Source: an uncultured Actinomycetota bacterium (lineage in GTDB: Bacteria; Actinomycetota; Thermoleophilia; RBG-16-64-13). Taken from it: 64,000 nucleotides of DNA. Position 1 is the stretch's first letter. Each line of letters opens with the position of its first letter. Shown here piece by piece: positions 37,259-46,451 of the stretch. The translations under genes were made by a program, and so were the position numbers. The stretch lies in contig CAVZSN010000010.1 of assembly GCA_963777945.1 (NCBI GenBank), positions 194,815-258,814 of the forward strand. The letters are read 5' to 3'. The notes below the pieces were generated by a model. It did no database searches. It was given only the letters and a program-made list of their open reading frames with translations, and was not told where the DNA came from.

Positions 37259-40201
37259 TTGGACACCACTGAAAGATCTAGGAGTGACGCCTCGAGGGCC
37301 AGGCGCAGCTTCATCCTGAGGGTCGTGCTGCCTGCTGTCTTCGCGGTCATCCTGTTCATCCTCGCCACCTTCTTGCTCCTAATCCCAGCCGTCGAGAATC
37401 AGATGCTCGAGGGGAAGAAGGAGACCACGCAGGAGCTCACCCGGTCGGCCATCAGCATCATCGACGAGTACTACCAGGAAGAGTCGGCCGGCACGATGAC
37501 CCGCGAGCAGGCCCAAGCCGAGGCCGCGGTCCGCATCGAGCAACTCAGGTGGGGTGACGAAGGTAAGGACTACTTCTGGATCACCGACATGAACCCCACC
37601 ATGGTCATGCACCCCTACCTCCCGGAGCTCAACGGCCAAGACCTGACGACCTACCAGGATGAGGCCGGCAACTACCTGTTCGTCGACATGGTCGATGTGG
37701 TTCAGGAGAGCGGATCCGGATACGTCGAGTACTACTGGCAGTACAAGGATGATCCTTCCCGCATCGTCCAGAAGCTGTCGTACGTGGAGGAGTTCGCCCC
37801 CTGGCAGTGGGTGGTCGGCACAGGCATCTACCTGGACGATGTCGATGCTGCCATCGCGGCGGTCCGGCGCAACCTCATCTACGTCTCCCTGGCCATTGCC
37901 ATCGTAGTTGCCTTGCTCCTGCTCTACAGCGGGCGCCAGAGCCTGAAGATCGAGAAACGCAGAGCGGCGGCCGAGAAAGGCCTGCAAGAGTCACACGAGA
38001 AGTACCGGGCCCTCGTGGAGGCTGCCACTCAGGGTCTTATCATGGTCTCCGGGGGCAGGACGACGTACTCCAACAAACCTCTCGCGGATATGTTGGGCTA
38101 CTCGGAGACCGCGCTGGCCGACATGGAGGTAAGCCGGTTGTTCATGGCCGAGGGCACCAACGAGCGGGCCTTCGAATCGCTCCGCTCGGGCGCTGCCGAG
38201 GACATGCCCGGTGATTTCGACGCTCGTCTGCGAACCAAAGACGGCTCCGCCATCGATGCTCTCGTCGCCGCCACACCCATCAACCTGGCAGGTAAGGAAG
38301 GTTTCATCCTGCTCATCAAGAGTCTGGCCAGCAAGCAGACTCTGGACGCGGCTCTGGACGAGACACGGCGCCAGTTCAAGAGCATGTCCGATGCCCTCAC
38401 TCTCGGGGTTTTCCGCAGCACGTGGGGACGCAAGGCCGCGCTCATCGAGGTGAACCCGGCCATGCGATCCATCCTGGGCCTCCCCGTCGCAACTGACATG
38501 GTGGGCTCCGACTGGCTGGAATTGATCCTCGACCGCACCCAGCGCGACGCGCTGGTGACCACTCTCGCGCGCGACAAGGCGGTGCAGAATTATCACCTCG
38601 GTATGCGCCGGGAGGATGGAGGACGGGTAGACGTCTCCCTGTTCGCCGTCTTGGTCGAAGGCGAGAGCGGCCAGCCTGTCTATGTCGATGGTCTGATCGA
38701 GGACATCTCCAAGCAAACGAAGCATGAGGAGGAGCGGGAAGCCCTCATATCCCGCTTGCAGACCTCGCTCTTCTTCCTGCGCGAGCCCATCAGTCAGGCT
38801 GTCAGCGACGCCCTTTCCGTCGACACGAACGAGACGATCGCCCGCACGGCCACCCTCATGAAGAAGCACCGGACGACCGCGGCCTTCGTCACCGGTCCCG
38901 ACAGCGTCCTCATGGGCATTGTGACCGACCATGACTTCCGCGAGCGCGTCGTCGGCGAGGGACTCGACCAGCAGAGTCCGATACGGTCCATCATGAGCGC
39001 ACCAGTAGCCTCTGTCGAGGTCAGCGCCCCCATCTACGAGGCGTTGCTGAGGATGCAGGAAAGGGATTGCGATCATCTCGCCGTCCTCGATGACTCCGGC
39101 AAGCTCGTAGGGGCCGTCCAACTCCGCGATCTGGCCCGCTCTCAGCAATCTTCGTCCGTGATAGTCACCGACTCGGTTCGCCGCGCGCGGACCGTCGGCC
39201 AGATAGTCGATGCCCACGACCGCCTGCCCGGACTCATCAAGGCCGTGGTCGACTCGGGAGCCGAGACCAGGTACGTCAACCGCATCGTCTCAGGCGTGTC
39301 CGATGCTGTGGTCCAGAGGCTTGTGGACATGGCGATCGAGAAGTTGGGTCCGCCGCCGGTGCGCTTCGCCTTCCTCACAGCGGGGAGCGAGGGTCGCGAG
39401 GAGCAGACCCTGCTGACCGACCAGGACAACGCCCTTCTCTACGACGATCCCGATCCCGAGCAGTCCAAGGAGACGGCTGACTACTTCCTCGAGTTGGGCA
39501 CGCTCGTATGCGACTGGCTGGATCAGGTCGGATATGCCTACTGCGATGGCGGCATCATGGCCAAGAACCCGCGATGGAACCTCCCGCGGGCCATCTGGCG
39601 GCAGCAGTTCTCCCACTGGATCCACAACGCCGAGGCCCAGGAGTTGCTCGAGCTCAACATGCTGTTCGACTTCCGTTGCGTGGTCGGGGAGCAGCAGTTC
39701 GCCCGCGATCTGCGCTCCTGGGTGTTCGACCAGATGGAGGAGTACCCGCTCTTCTTCCTCCACTTCGCGCAGAACGCTCTGCTCTACAAGCCACCCCTGA
39801 CCATGTTCGGAAACCTGCAGACCACGTCTTCCGGGGACGGAGCCAAGACCCTCAGCCTCAAGGAAGCGACGATGCCCATCGTCAACTTCGCCCGGCTCTA
39901 CGCCTTGCGCCATCGCATCGACTCGACCAACACCCTCGACCGGCTTGCCGAGCTCTATCAGAAGGGGGTTCTAAGCCGGGACTCATTCGAGGAGATGGTG
40001 CCCGATTACGAGACGCTCATGCGCATCCGCCTGCGCAGGCAGGCCGTCGCCGTCGAGCACGGTCTTGCACCCAACAATCTGATCACGCCCGAGGAGCTCA
40101 CCTCGGCGGAAGAAGCGAGGCTCAAGAGACTGTTCTCGCTCTCGGCCGATCTCCGCAAGAAGATCAGCTACGACTTCCTCGGAGGGATCGCCGGGTTCTA
40201 A
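37259..40201 (+). CDS. membrane sensor nucleotidyltransferase: TM-sCache-TM-PAS-PAS-CBS pair-DUF294 (GlnD-like NTase)-DUF294_C
   Basis: 980 aa, intact. Cache: DYFWITDMNPTMVMHPY ... YVEYYWQYKDD ... PWQWVVGTGIYLDDV. CBS: IMSAPVASVEVSAPIYEALLRMQERDCDHLAVLDDSGKLVGAV. NTase: FAFLTAGSEGREEQTLLTDQDNALLYDD. Tail: LNMLFDFRCVVGE ... SLKEATMPIVNFARLYAL. Confidence 0.8.
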   Translation: MDTTERSRSDASRARRSFILRVVLPAVFAVILFILATFLLLIPAVENQMLEGKKETTQELTRSAISIIDEYYQEESAGTMTREQAQAEAAVRIEQLRWGDEGKDYFWITDMNPTMVMHPYLPELNGQDLTTYQDEAGNYLFVDMVDVVQESGSGYVEYYWQYKDDPSRIVQKLSYVEEFAPWQWVVGTGIYLDDVDAAIAAVRRNLIYVSLAIAIVVALLLLYSGRQSLKIEKRRAAAEKGLQESHEKYRALVEAATQGLIMVSGGRTTYSNKPLADMLGYSETALADMEVSRLFMAEGTNERAFESLRSGAAEDMPGDFDARLRTKDGSAIDALVAATPINLAGKEGFILLIKSLASKQTLDAALDETRRQFKSMSDALTLGVFRSTWGRKAALIEVNPAMRSILGLPVATDMVGSDWLELILDRTQRDALVTTLARDKAVQNYHLGMRREDGGRVDVSLFAVLVEGESGQPVYVDGLIEDISKQTKHEEEREALISRLQTSLFFLREPISQAVSDALSVDTNETIARTATLMKKHRTTAAFVTGPDSVLMGIVTDHDFRERVVGEGLDQQSPIRSIMSAPVASVEVSAPIYEALLRMQERDCDHLAVLDDSGKLVGAVQLRDLARSQQSSSVIVTDSVRRARTVGQIVDAHDRLPGLIKAVVDSGAETRYVNRIVSGVSDAVVQRLVDMAIEKLGPPPVRFAFLTAGSEGREEQTLLTDQDNALLYDDPDPEQSKETADYFLELGTLVCDWLDQVGYAYCDGGIMAKNPRWNLPRAIWRQQFSHWIHNAEAQELLELNMLFDFRCVVGEQQFARDLRSWVFDQMEEYPLFFLHFAQNALLYKPPLTMFGNLQTTSSGDGAKTLSLKEATMPIVNFARLYALRHRIDSTNTLDRLAELYQKGVLSRDSFEEMVPDYETLMRIRLRRQAVAVEHGLAPNNLITPEELTSAEEARLKRLFSLSADLRKKISYDFLGGIAGF

Positions 40202-40230
40202 GGACCGGACCGCCACGCTGTAGACACGAA

Positions 40231-40262
40231 CGGCCGGCGCTCGAGCGCCGGCCGTTTCCTTC
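40231..40262. terminator. GC hairpin between the convergent sensor gene and the ABC permease
   Basis: ACGGCCGGCGC-TCGA-GCGCCGGCCGT (11-bp perfect stem) followed by TTTCCTT. Confidence 0.5.
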
Positions 40263-40317
40263 CGGGCACCTGCCACGATAGCCACCCCGCACCCAGGGCG
40301 CCGCCCGCTCCTGCGTC

Positions 40318-41175
40318 CTAGCGGGCCGGCGCTCGGCGGCGCCTCGAGAGTCGAGTGACGACTCCCCCTCGAGGTGCGAACAGGAAGACCAGGACGAAGA
40401 TGAGCGCTGCCACCAGCACGATCGCCCCCCCGGTCGACACGCCGGCGTAGTAACTCACGTATAACCCCGCAACCGAGGGCACCACCCCCAACAACGCCGA
40501 GAGCGCCATCATCGCCGGCAGGCGTCGGGTGAGCAGATACGCCGTGGCCGGTGGGATCACCAGCATCGCCGTGACCAGCGCCACTCCCACTGTCTGCAGC
40601 GCCACCACGATGGTGACGGCCAGCATCACAAACAGACCGGTACGCAGCGCATGGGTCCTCAGGCCCAGGGTCTTGCCCAGGACAGGGTCGAAGGACACGA
40701 CAAGCAGCTGCTTGTAGAGGACGAGCACGGCCACCAAGACCGCCAGCGCGAGCAGGCCGCTGATCCAGAGGTCGGTGGCCGTTACCCCGAGCACGTTGCC
40801 GAAGAGGACGTGGGTCAGGTCCACGGCGTAGGCCTGCATGGTGCTGATCAGCACCACCCCCAGCGCGAGGGCGGCCGCAAAGAAGATGCCGATTGCCGTG
40901 TCTTCTCTTACGGCACCGGCTCTGGACACGAAACTGATGCCCACCGCCACGAGCAGACCGGCGACAAGAGCCCCGGCGAGCAGGTTCGCACCCAGCAGGT
41001 AGGCGACGGCGATGCCAGGCAGTATGGCGTGCGCCAGAGCGTCGCCGAGAAAAGCCATCGACCGCAGGACGACGTAGCACCCGATCACGGCGCAGACGAC
41101 CCCCACGATCAAGGAGGCCAAGAGGGCCTTCTGCATGAACGCGAACGTGAGCGGCTCGACCAGCCAGTCGATCAT
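40318..41175 (-). CDS. metal (Zn/Mn/Fe) ABC transporter permease (TroC/ZnuB/MntB family)
   Basis: MIDWLVEPLTFAFMQKALLASLIVG ... MAFLGDALAHAILPGIAVAYL ... multiple TM helices. Intact. Confidence 0.85.
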   Translation of the reverse strand: MIDWLVEPLTFAFMQKALLASLIVGVVCAVIGCYVVLRSMAFLGDALAHAILPGIAVAYLLGANLLAGALVAGLLVAVGISFVSRAGAVREDTAIGIFFAAALALGVVLISTMQAYAVDLTHVLFGNVLGVTATDLWISGLLALAVLVAVLVLYKQLLVVSFDPVLGKTLGLRTHALRTGLFVMLAVTIVVALQTVGVALVTAMLVIPPATAYLLTRRLPAMMALSALLGVVPSVAGLYVSYYAGVSTGGAIVLVAALIFVLVFLFAPRGGVVTRLSRRRRAPAR

Positions 41176-41968
41176 GGCCGTCACCCCCGCTACGGTCGCC
41201 ACCGCAGCACTGATCGACGACAATCACCTTGCCATCCACCACCACCATCTGTCCCCCGAACGCGGCATGAAGATTCGTCCTCGGTGAACACTTCCGCTGG
41301 GGGGCCTACGCGATCAGCCGGCGACTGAGGAGGACCACCTGATCGAAGCGGTCGGCGGCGAGATCGAGATCGTGGGTCGAGACCAGGACCGTCACAGACT
41401 CGCCCCGAAGCCCGGCGAGCACGTCAAGGGTCGCCTCTCGGGTCGCCACATCGACGCCCGTGAAGGGCTCATCGAGCAGGAGTACGCGAGGCTGCTGGGC
41501 ACAGCGCGCGGGCCAGGAAGACGCGCTGCTGCTGTCCTCCGGAAAGCTCCCCGATGGAGCGCTGGGCCAGGTCGCTCACTCCAAGTAGATCCATGCTCCG
41601 AGCGACGATCTCGCGGTCACCCCGTGTCAGCCGCCTGAACCATCTCCCCCGCCCGTAGCGGCCCATGGAGACGACGTCGAGCACGTTGACGGGGAAGCGC
41701 CAGTCGACTTCCTCTCGCTGGGGCACGTACGCGACCTCCCTGATACTCTGCCGAAAGGTCGCCCGTCCACCGACATCTCCCCCGCGGCGAGCGGCAACAA
41801 CCCTACCATCGCCTTGAACAGCGTCGACTTGCCTGCTCCATTGGGTCCGACCACCGCCACCTGGGCGCCGCGGTCCACACTGAGGGAGACCGATTCCAGC
41901 GCCCGGGTCTGTCCGTACAGCACCGTCACCTCGCGCAGGCTGATGAGCTGTTCCCGAGGGTCGCTCAC
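41176..41968 (-). pseudogene. metal ABC transporter ATP-binding protein, frameshifted (3' end approximate)
   Basis: VAVVGPNGAGKSTLFKAMVGLL (Walker A), ELSGGQQQRVFLARAL (signature), LLDEPFTGVD (Walker B), VLVSTHDL, in three or more frames. Confidence 0.8.
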
Positions 41969-42904
41969 CTGAGCGCCTCCACGATGGTGGTGACGTTCGA
42001 GCGCATCATGTCCAAGTAGGTGGGAGCGTCTTCGCCCAACGAATGCGTGTAGAGATCGGACACCACCTTCACCCCGGTCTCGCGAGCCACTTGGTCGGCC
42101 AAGTCCGCATTGCTACCCGTCTCCAGGAAGATGGCCGGCGCTCCGGTAGCGCGGATCTGCTCGATCAGAGCCCCCAGATCCTGAGCCGAAGGCACCCCTT
42201 CCGCGTCCGGTGAGGGGAACACGCTACCCACCACAGTGAAGCCGTAGCGCTCCGCGAAGTGACCGAAGCTCTCATGATTGGTGACCAACAGCCGCCGCGG
42301 AGCGGGGATGGTCTCCACCTGTCCGAGGATCCAGGAGTCGAGCTCCTGCAGGCTCTGCCGATATGCGGCCGCGTTCGCCTCGAACTCGCCGGCGCCTGCC
42401 GGGTCGATCGCAGTGAGTCCGGCCCGGATATTGTCCACGTAGGTGACCACTTTGCTCGGGTCCAACCAGAAATGTGGATCGACGTCGGCTCCCGGCAGTC
42501 CGGCGGACGCGTCGATGATCACCAGGTCGTCGCTTCCGGCTCCGCCTATGAGATCGTCCACCGGAGGTTGGAAGCCGGGACTGTTGATGACTACCGCCCG
42601 GGCCTTGGCGATCGCGGCGGCGTCCCGCGGAGTGGGATCGAAGCTGTGCGGGTCCATCCCCTCGGGAAGCAATGAGGTGACGACAAGCCGATCCCCGGCC
42701 ACCGTTCTGAGCTATGTCGGCGAGATAGCTGGTCTCCGCGACCACGCGAGGTGCGTCGAGGACGGTCGAGGTGGGGATGGATGAGCTTGGCGAGTCACCG
42801 GCACACCCCATGACTGTGATCGTCGCCACCAGCATGTGGACGACGACTACGGCCATCAACGGCGACAACCGAGAACGCGGATGTGCGCCCCTGACAGTCC
42901 TCAC
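41965..42904 (-). pseudogene. metal ABC transporter substrate-binding lipoprotein (ZnuA/TroA family), frameshift near 42700
   Basis: Signal/lipobox MLVATITVMGCAGD, then VVAETSYLADIAQ ... DPHSFDPTPRD ... DPHFWLDP ... LVTNHESFGHFAERYG ... PSAQDLGALIEQIR. GTG start overlaps the upstream stop (GTGA). Confidence 0.8.
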
Positions 42905-43669
42905 TGCCGCGCCCGCGCCACTCGCTCGAGAAGAGCCTGGTCTTTGATCACTACCCGTCGCCCCTTTGTCTCGACCGCGCCGGCACGAGTGAGCTGCTGG
43001 AAAGCGCGAGAGAGGGTCTCGGGCACGGTCCCCACGGCGGCCGCCAGCTCGCCTTTGGAGACCTCCAGTTCAAGGGCTCCCTCTCCCATCCGTCCTGGCC
43101 GCTAAGGCGAGAAGATACGCAGCCAGCCTCTCGGCGACGCCCTTGAGGGACAGATCCTCGATAAGCGAAGCGAAGGCCTTCAGTCGTGTGGACAGAGCAG
43201 CGAGAAGCCGAAGCGCGACTTCCGGCTGGCTGCGGATGAGATCGACGAAGGCCTGCCGGGGGATATAGAAGGTCTCGGTGGTCTCGAGGGTCTCGGCCGT
43301 AGCCGGGTAGTCCTCGCCCGAAAGCGCAGCCACCTCCCCCACCGGCTCGCCCGGTCCCATGATCATGAGCGTCTGCGCGCGTCCGCGGGCAGATGTCTTG
43401 AACACCTTGATGCGTCCGTGGACGACCACATGGAGCCCTTGGGCAAGGTCTCCCTGGTGAAACACGCTTTGGCCCTCCGCGAAGAGCCGCAATCTGCCTC
43501 GGCGTACCAGTTCCAGAAGGGTGGGGTCGTCCAAGCCCGAGAAGAGGGCTCCCCTGCGCAGGACCCCGATCAACTCCTCCTGCAACGGCGTGGCCGAGCG
43601 TCTTCCGTGCTGTTCCGTCTCTCCACTCCCTCCATCGGCCCCAAGACGCGCCGTGCGTTCCTTTGACAT
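42901..43669 (-). pseudogene. Crp/Fnr-family regulator (HcpR-like by context), frameshift near 43085
   Basis: cNMP-binding fold LFSGLDDPTLLELV ... GDLAQGLHVVVHGRIKV ... GEPVGEVAALSG. HTH: SKGELAAAVGTVPETLSRAFQQLTRAG in a second frame. Confidence 0.8.
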
Positions 43670-43676
43670 AGGTCAA
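43663..43676. promoter_or_regulatory. FNR/CRP-type palindrome TTGAC-N4-GTCAA in the regulator/hcp divergent region
   Basis: TTGACATAGGTCAA, perfect dyad. It overlaps the regulator's start codon and is centred ~111 nt upstream of the hcp ATG. Confidence 0.55.
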
Positions 43677-43780
43677 TGGAAGGCACAGGGGATTATGTTA
43701 GCTTCTTCCTCGCGCAGAGGGGACGATGCTTGCCGCCAGAGGGGTGGCCGGGCGTTCCAGAACCAACAAGGAGGACGTGA

Positions 43781-45432
43781 ATGTTCTGTTATCAGTGCGA
43801 GCAGACCGCGAAGTCGGTAGCCTGTACCAGGAGAGGCGTCTGCGGCAAGACCGCCGAGGTCGCGGCCGTCCAGGACGCCCTTGTCCACGCGCTCAAAGGG
43901 CTCGCGCTTGTGGCTGAGAAAGGTGCCGACGCCGGTGTGGTACCGGACGACACTTATCCGTTCATCGAGCAGGGTCTCTTCGCGACCCTCACCAACGTCA
44001 ATTTCGATGCCGACGCGCTGACCGCTTGGGTACACGCCGCCGTCGAGCGACGCGAGGCTATCAAGTCGGCCCTCGCCACCGAGCAGCCACAGGTCACCTT
44101 CCCGAAAGGACCGGCGACGTTCACGCCGGGGCACACCACCACGGAGGTCGCTGAGCGAGGGCGCGCGCACGGCATCAACGCCGAGGCAGCCGCCGACGAG
44201 AACGTCCGGTCCCTCCAACATACCGTCCTCTACGGACTCAAAGGGGTCGCCGCGTACGCTCACCACGCTCACGTGCTCGGCTACGCCGATGAGGCCATCG
44301 ACGCCTACCACGTGGAAGCACTGGCCGACCTCGCCCGATTCGACGTCGGTGATCTGAACGACTGGTTGAGCAAGGCCATGCGCTGCGGCGAGATGAACTA
44401 CAAGACCATGGAACTGCTCGACAGGGCGAACACGGAGACGCTTCGGCACGCCCGTGCCCACCGAGGTGCCCCTGGGCGTCAAGGCAGGCAAGGCCATCCT
44501 GGTCTCGGGCCACGACCTGCTCGATCTCGACGGCTCTGCTCAAGCAGACGGAGGGGAAAGGCATCACCGTCTACACCCATGGCGAGATGCTGCCGGCGCA
44601 CGCCTATCCGAAACTCAAGGCGTACGCGCATCTCTACGGCAACTTCGGCAGCGCCTGGTAGAACCAGAAGAAGGAGTTCCCGCAGTTCCCAGGGGCCATC
44701 CTCATGACCACCAACTGCATCCAGATACCTGAAGACACCTACTTCGACAACATCTTCACCCGCGCGGTGGTCGGGCTGCCGGGCGTCGGTCCACCTCGAG
44801 GGCCGCGACTTCAGCCCGGTCATCGAGCGGGCGCTCGCGCTTCCCGGCTTCCCAGCCGACGTGCCCGCCAAGACGGTGCAGCGTAGGCTTCATGCGGAAT
44901 GCGGTGCTCGCTCACGCCGAGAGGATCATCGAACTGGTGAAGGCCGGCAAGATCCGCCACTTCTTCTTGGTGGGCGGCTGCGACGGAGCCAAGCCCGGCC
45001 GCGACTACTACACCAGGTTCGTCGAACAGGCCCCCGCCGACACGGTCATCCTCACCCTCGCCTGCGGCAAGTACCGCTTCTACGACCAGGACCTGGGCGC
45101 CATCGACGGCCTGCCGCGGCTGCTGGACATGGGCCAGTGCAACGACGCCTACTCGGCCATCCAGGTGGCCCTGGCCCTGGCCGACGCGTTCCAGGTGGGC
45201 GTCAACGACCTACCGCTGTCGCTGATGCTGTCCTGGTACGAGCAGAAGGCGGTGGCCATCCTGCTGACCCTGCTCTATCTGGGTATCAAGGACGTCCGGC
45301 TCGGCCCCACACTGCCGGCCTTCCTGACTCCGGACGTGCGCCAGTACCTCGTCGATACCTACGACCTGCAAGCCCATCACCACGCCCGAGGAGGACCTGG
45401 CGGCGATCTCCTGGGCAGCCGGTTGCTCTGAT
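43781..45432 (+). pseudogene. hcp: hybrid-cluster protein / hydroxylamine reductase, many frameshifts plus an in-frame TAG at 44659
   Basis: MFCYQCEQTAKSVACTRRGVCGK ..., [90 protein letters not shown]. Confidence 0.85.
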
Positions 45433-45435
45433 GAC

Positions 45436-45468
45436 GTCGCCCGGGGGGCGCTACGCCCCCCGGGCGAC
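45436..45468. terminator. 15-bp perfect GC hairpin between convergent hcp and hisG
   Basis: GTCGCCCGGGGGGCG-CTA-CGCCCCCCGGGCGAC. No clear U-tract on either side. Confidence 0.45.
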
Positions 45469-45518
45469 GATCTCTGCCCCGTCTCGACGAACCGCGGGCG
45501 CACAGGCGCCGCGCGAGC

Positions 45519-46392
45519 CTACATCACGATCTTGTTGAGCGGATACTCGACGATGCCCTGAGCCCCGGCCTTCTTGAGCCGCGGGATGATCACCCGCACG
45601 GTGGACTCGTCGACGATGGTGTTGACGGCCAGCCACTCGTCGTCGCTGAGAGTGGAGATGGTGGGCTTGCGCAGCGCGGGCAGCACGCTCCAGCACGGTC
45701 GGCAGGTCGTCTCGGCGCACATTGAGCATGAGCCCCACCTTGCCCAGCGCGGCGATGGCGCCCTCGAAGCAGCATGGTCATGTCCTCGAGCTTGCGCCGC
45801 TTCTCCGGGTCGCTTCCAGGAGTCGAGGTTGGCGATGAGCTGGGTGTTCGACTCGAGCACGGTCTCGACGATGCGCAGCTTGTTCGCACGCAGCGAGCTG
45901 CCCGTCTCGGTGACCTCGACGATGGCGTCGGCCAGTTCCGGGGGCTTGACCTCGGTGGCTCCCCAGCTGAACTCCACTTTGGCCTTGACGCCCTTCTCGG
46001 CCAGGTAGCGCTTGGTGGTGGCCACCAGTTCGGTGGCGATGATCTTGCCCTCCAGGTCGCGCGACCGTACGGACCGGCGACGCCTCGGGCACGGCCAGCA
46101 CCCAGCGCACCTTGCCGAAGCTCTGCTTGGCGTAGACCAGGTCGCACACCGTCTGCACGTCGGCCTCGTTCTCCCGGACCCAGTCGAGACCGGTGATGCC
46201 GGCGTCCAGGATGCCGTTCTCCACGTAGCGCGCCATCTCCTGGGCGCGGATCAGCAGGCACTCCAGTTCGGGGTCGTCGACCACCGGGAAGTACGAGCGG
46301 CTGCTGGTGGTCAGGTTGAAGCCCGCCCGCCGGAACAGGTCGATGGTGGCGCTCTCTAGGCTGCCCTTGGGTATTCCAAGCTTGAGGATCAT
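45519..46392 (-). pseudogene. hisG: ATP phosphoribosyltransferase, long form (with HisG_C), frameshifted
   Basis: [25 protein letters not shown] ... [26 protein letters not shown] ..., [18 protein letters not shown] ... [18 protein letters not shown] ..., [26 protein letters not shown]. Confidence 0.85.
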
Positions 46393-46451
46393 TTTCGGTC
46401 TCCGAGGCTGATAGGTAGACGGCCATGCGCCAGCGCATTATAGCGCCGTCG

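Noticed and set aside
44659-44661. In-frame TAG inside hcp as a possible pyrrolysine or readthrough codon.
   Set aside because: It replaces a conserved Gln codon (CAG to TAG) in a gene that also has many frameshifts. No pyl genes are seen. The simplest reading is a base error or a plain nonsense change.
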